Part shown: one piece after another, positions 63,869-64,000 of the stretch
Layout of the letters: each line of letters starts with the position of its first letter
Numbering within the stretch: position 1 is the stretch's first letter
Assembly (NCBI GenBank): GCA_026991575.1
Contig: JALXBF010000016.1
Coordinates: 1 to 64,000 of the forward strand
Direction of reading: 5' to 3'
From: Planctomycetota bacterium
Lineage (GTDB): Bacteria > Planctomycetota > Planctomycetia > JALXBF01
DNA length: 64,000 nucleotides
The notes under the pieces: generated by a model
Told to the model about the DNA's origin: nothing
Databases searched by the model: none
Seen by the model: the letters and a program-made list of their open reading frames with translations, nothing else
Translations under genes and position numbers: made by a program

Positions 63869-64000
63869 GTGGCTGAACACGAGGTTTTCCTCGGACTAGG
63901 ATCGAACCTGGGCAACCGCGCTGTCAATCTCCGCGCGGCGATCAACCGCTTGGCTGCCGAAGCCGGCCAACTGCTTGCTGCCAGCGCGTTCCACCAGACA
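63869..64000 (+). CDS. folK: 2-amino-4-hydroxy-6-hydroxymethyldihydropteridine diphosphokinase, N-terminal part (truncated by window)
   Basis: Hand translation MAEHEVFLGLGSNLGNRAVNLRAAINRL...AASAFHQT matches the HPPK N-terminal LGLGSNLG motif. Confidence 0.8.
   Translation, partial: MAEHEVFLGLGSNLGNRAVNLRAAINRLAAEAGQLLAASAFHQT

Overview
High-GC bacterial DNA, almost certainly from a Planctomycete (two DUF1559 prepilin-type genes, a PVC-type heme protein, an ECF-sigma/Ser-Thr-kinase pair, Planctomycete-type EF-Tu). 1-17 kb is accessory and housekeeping genes (purD, two sigma factors, a kinase). 17.1-62 kb is the translation/transcription superoperon (tRNAs, tuf, rpmG, secE, nusG, rplKAJL, rpoBC, rpsLG, fusA, then the S10, spc and alpha operons), followed by HIT, dapL and a partial folK. 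The main novelty is a ~10.7 kb insert between fusA and rpsJ, bounded by a diverged direct repeat. It carries (1) an AlbA_2/HATPase/HTH gene and (2) a five-gene cassette: an Ig-like lipoprotein whose signal peptide is out of frame at a (GTCT)5 tract, a DUF1559 pilin-like protein, a signal-peptide-bearing 8-Cys precursor with a double-glycine motif, a membrane-anchored protein, and a stand-alone membrane-anchored C39-like peptidase. The cassette is flanked by two copies of a repeat element containing 22-bp tandem arrays, and the second copy is interrupted by an ORF-less group II intron. An initiator tRNA gene also sits inside the S10 operon, between rpsS and rplV. All calls come from motif recognition by eye; no searches were run.
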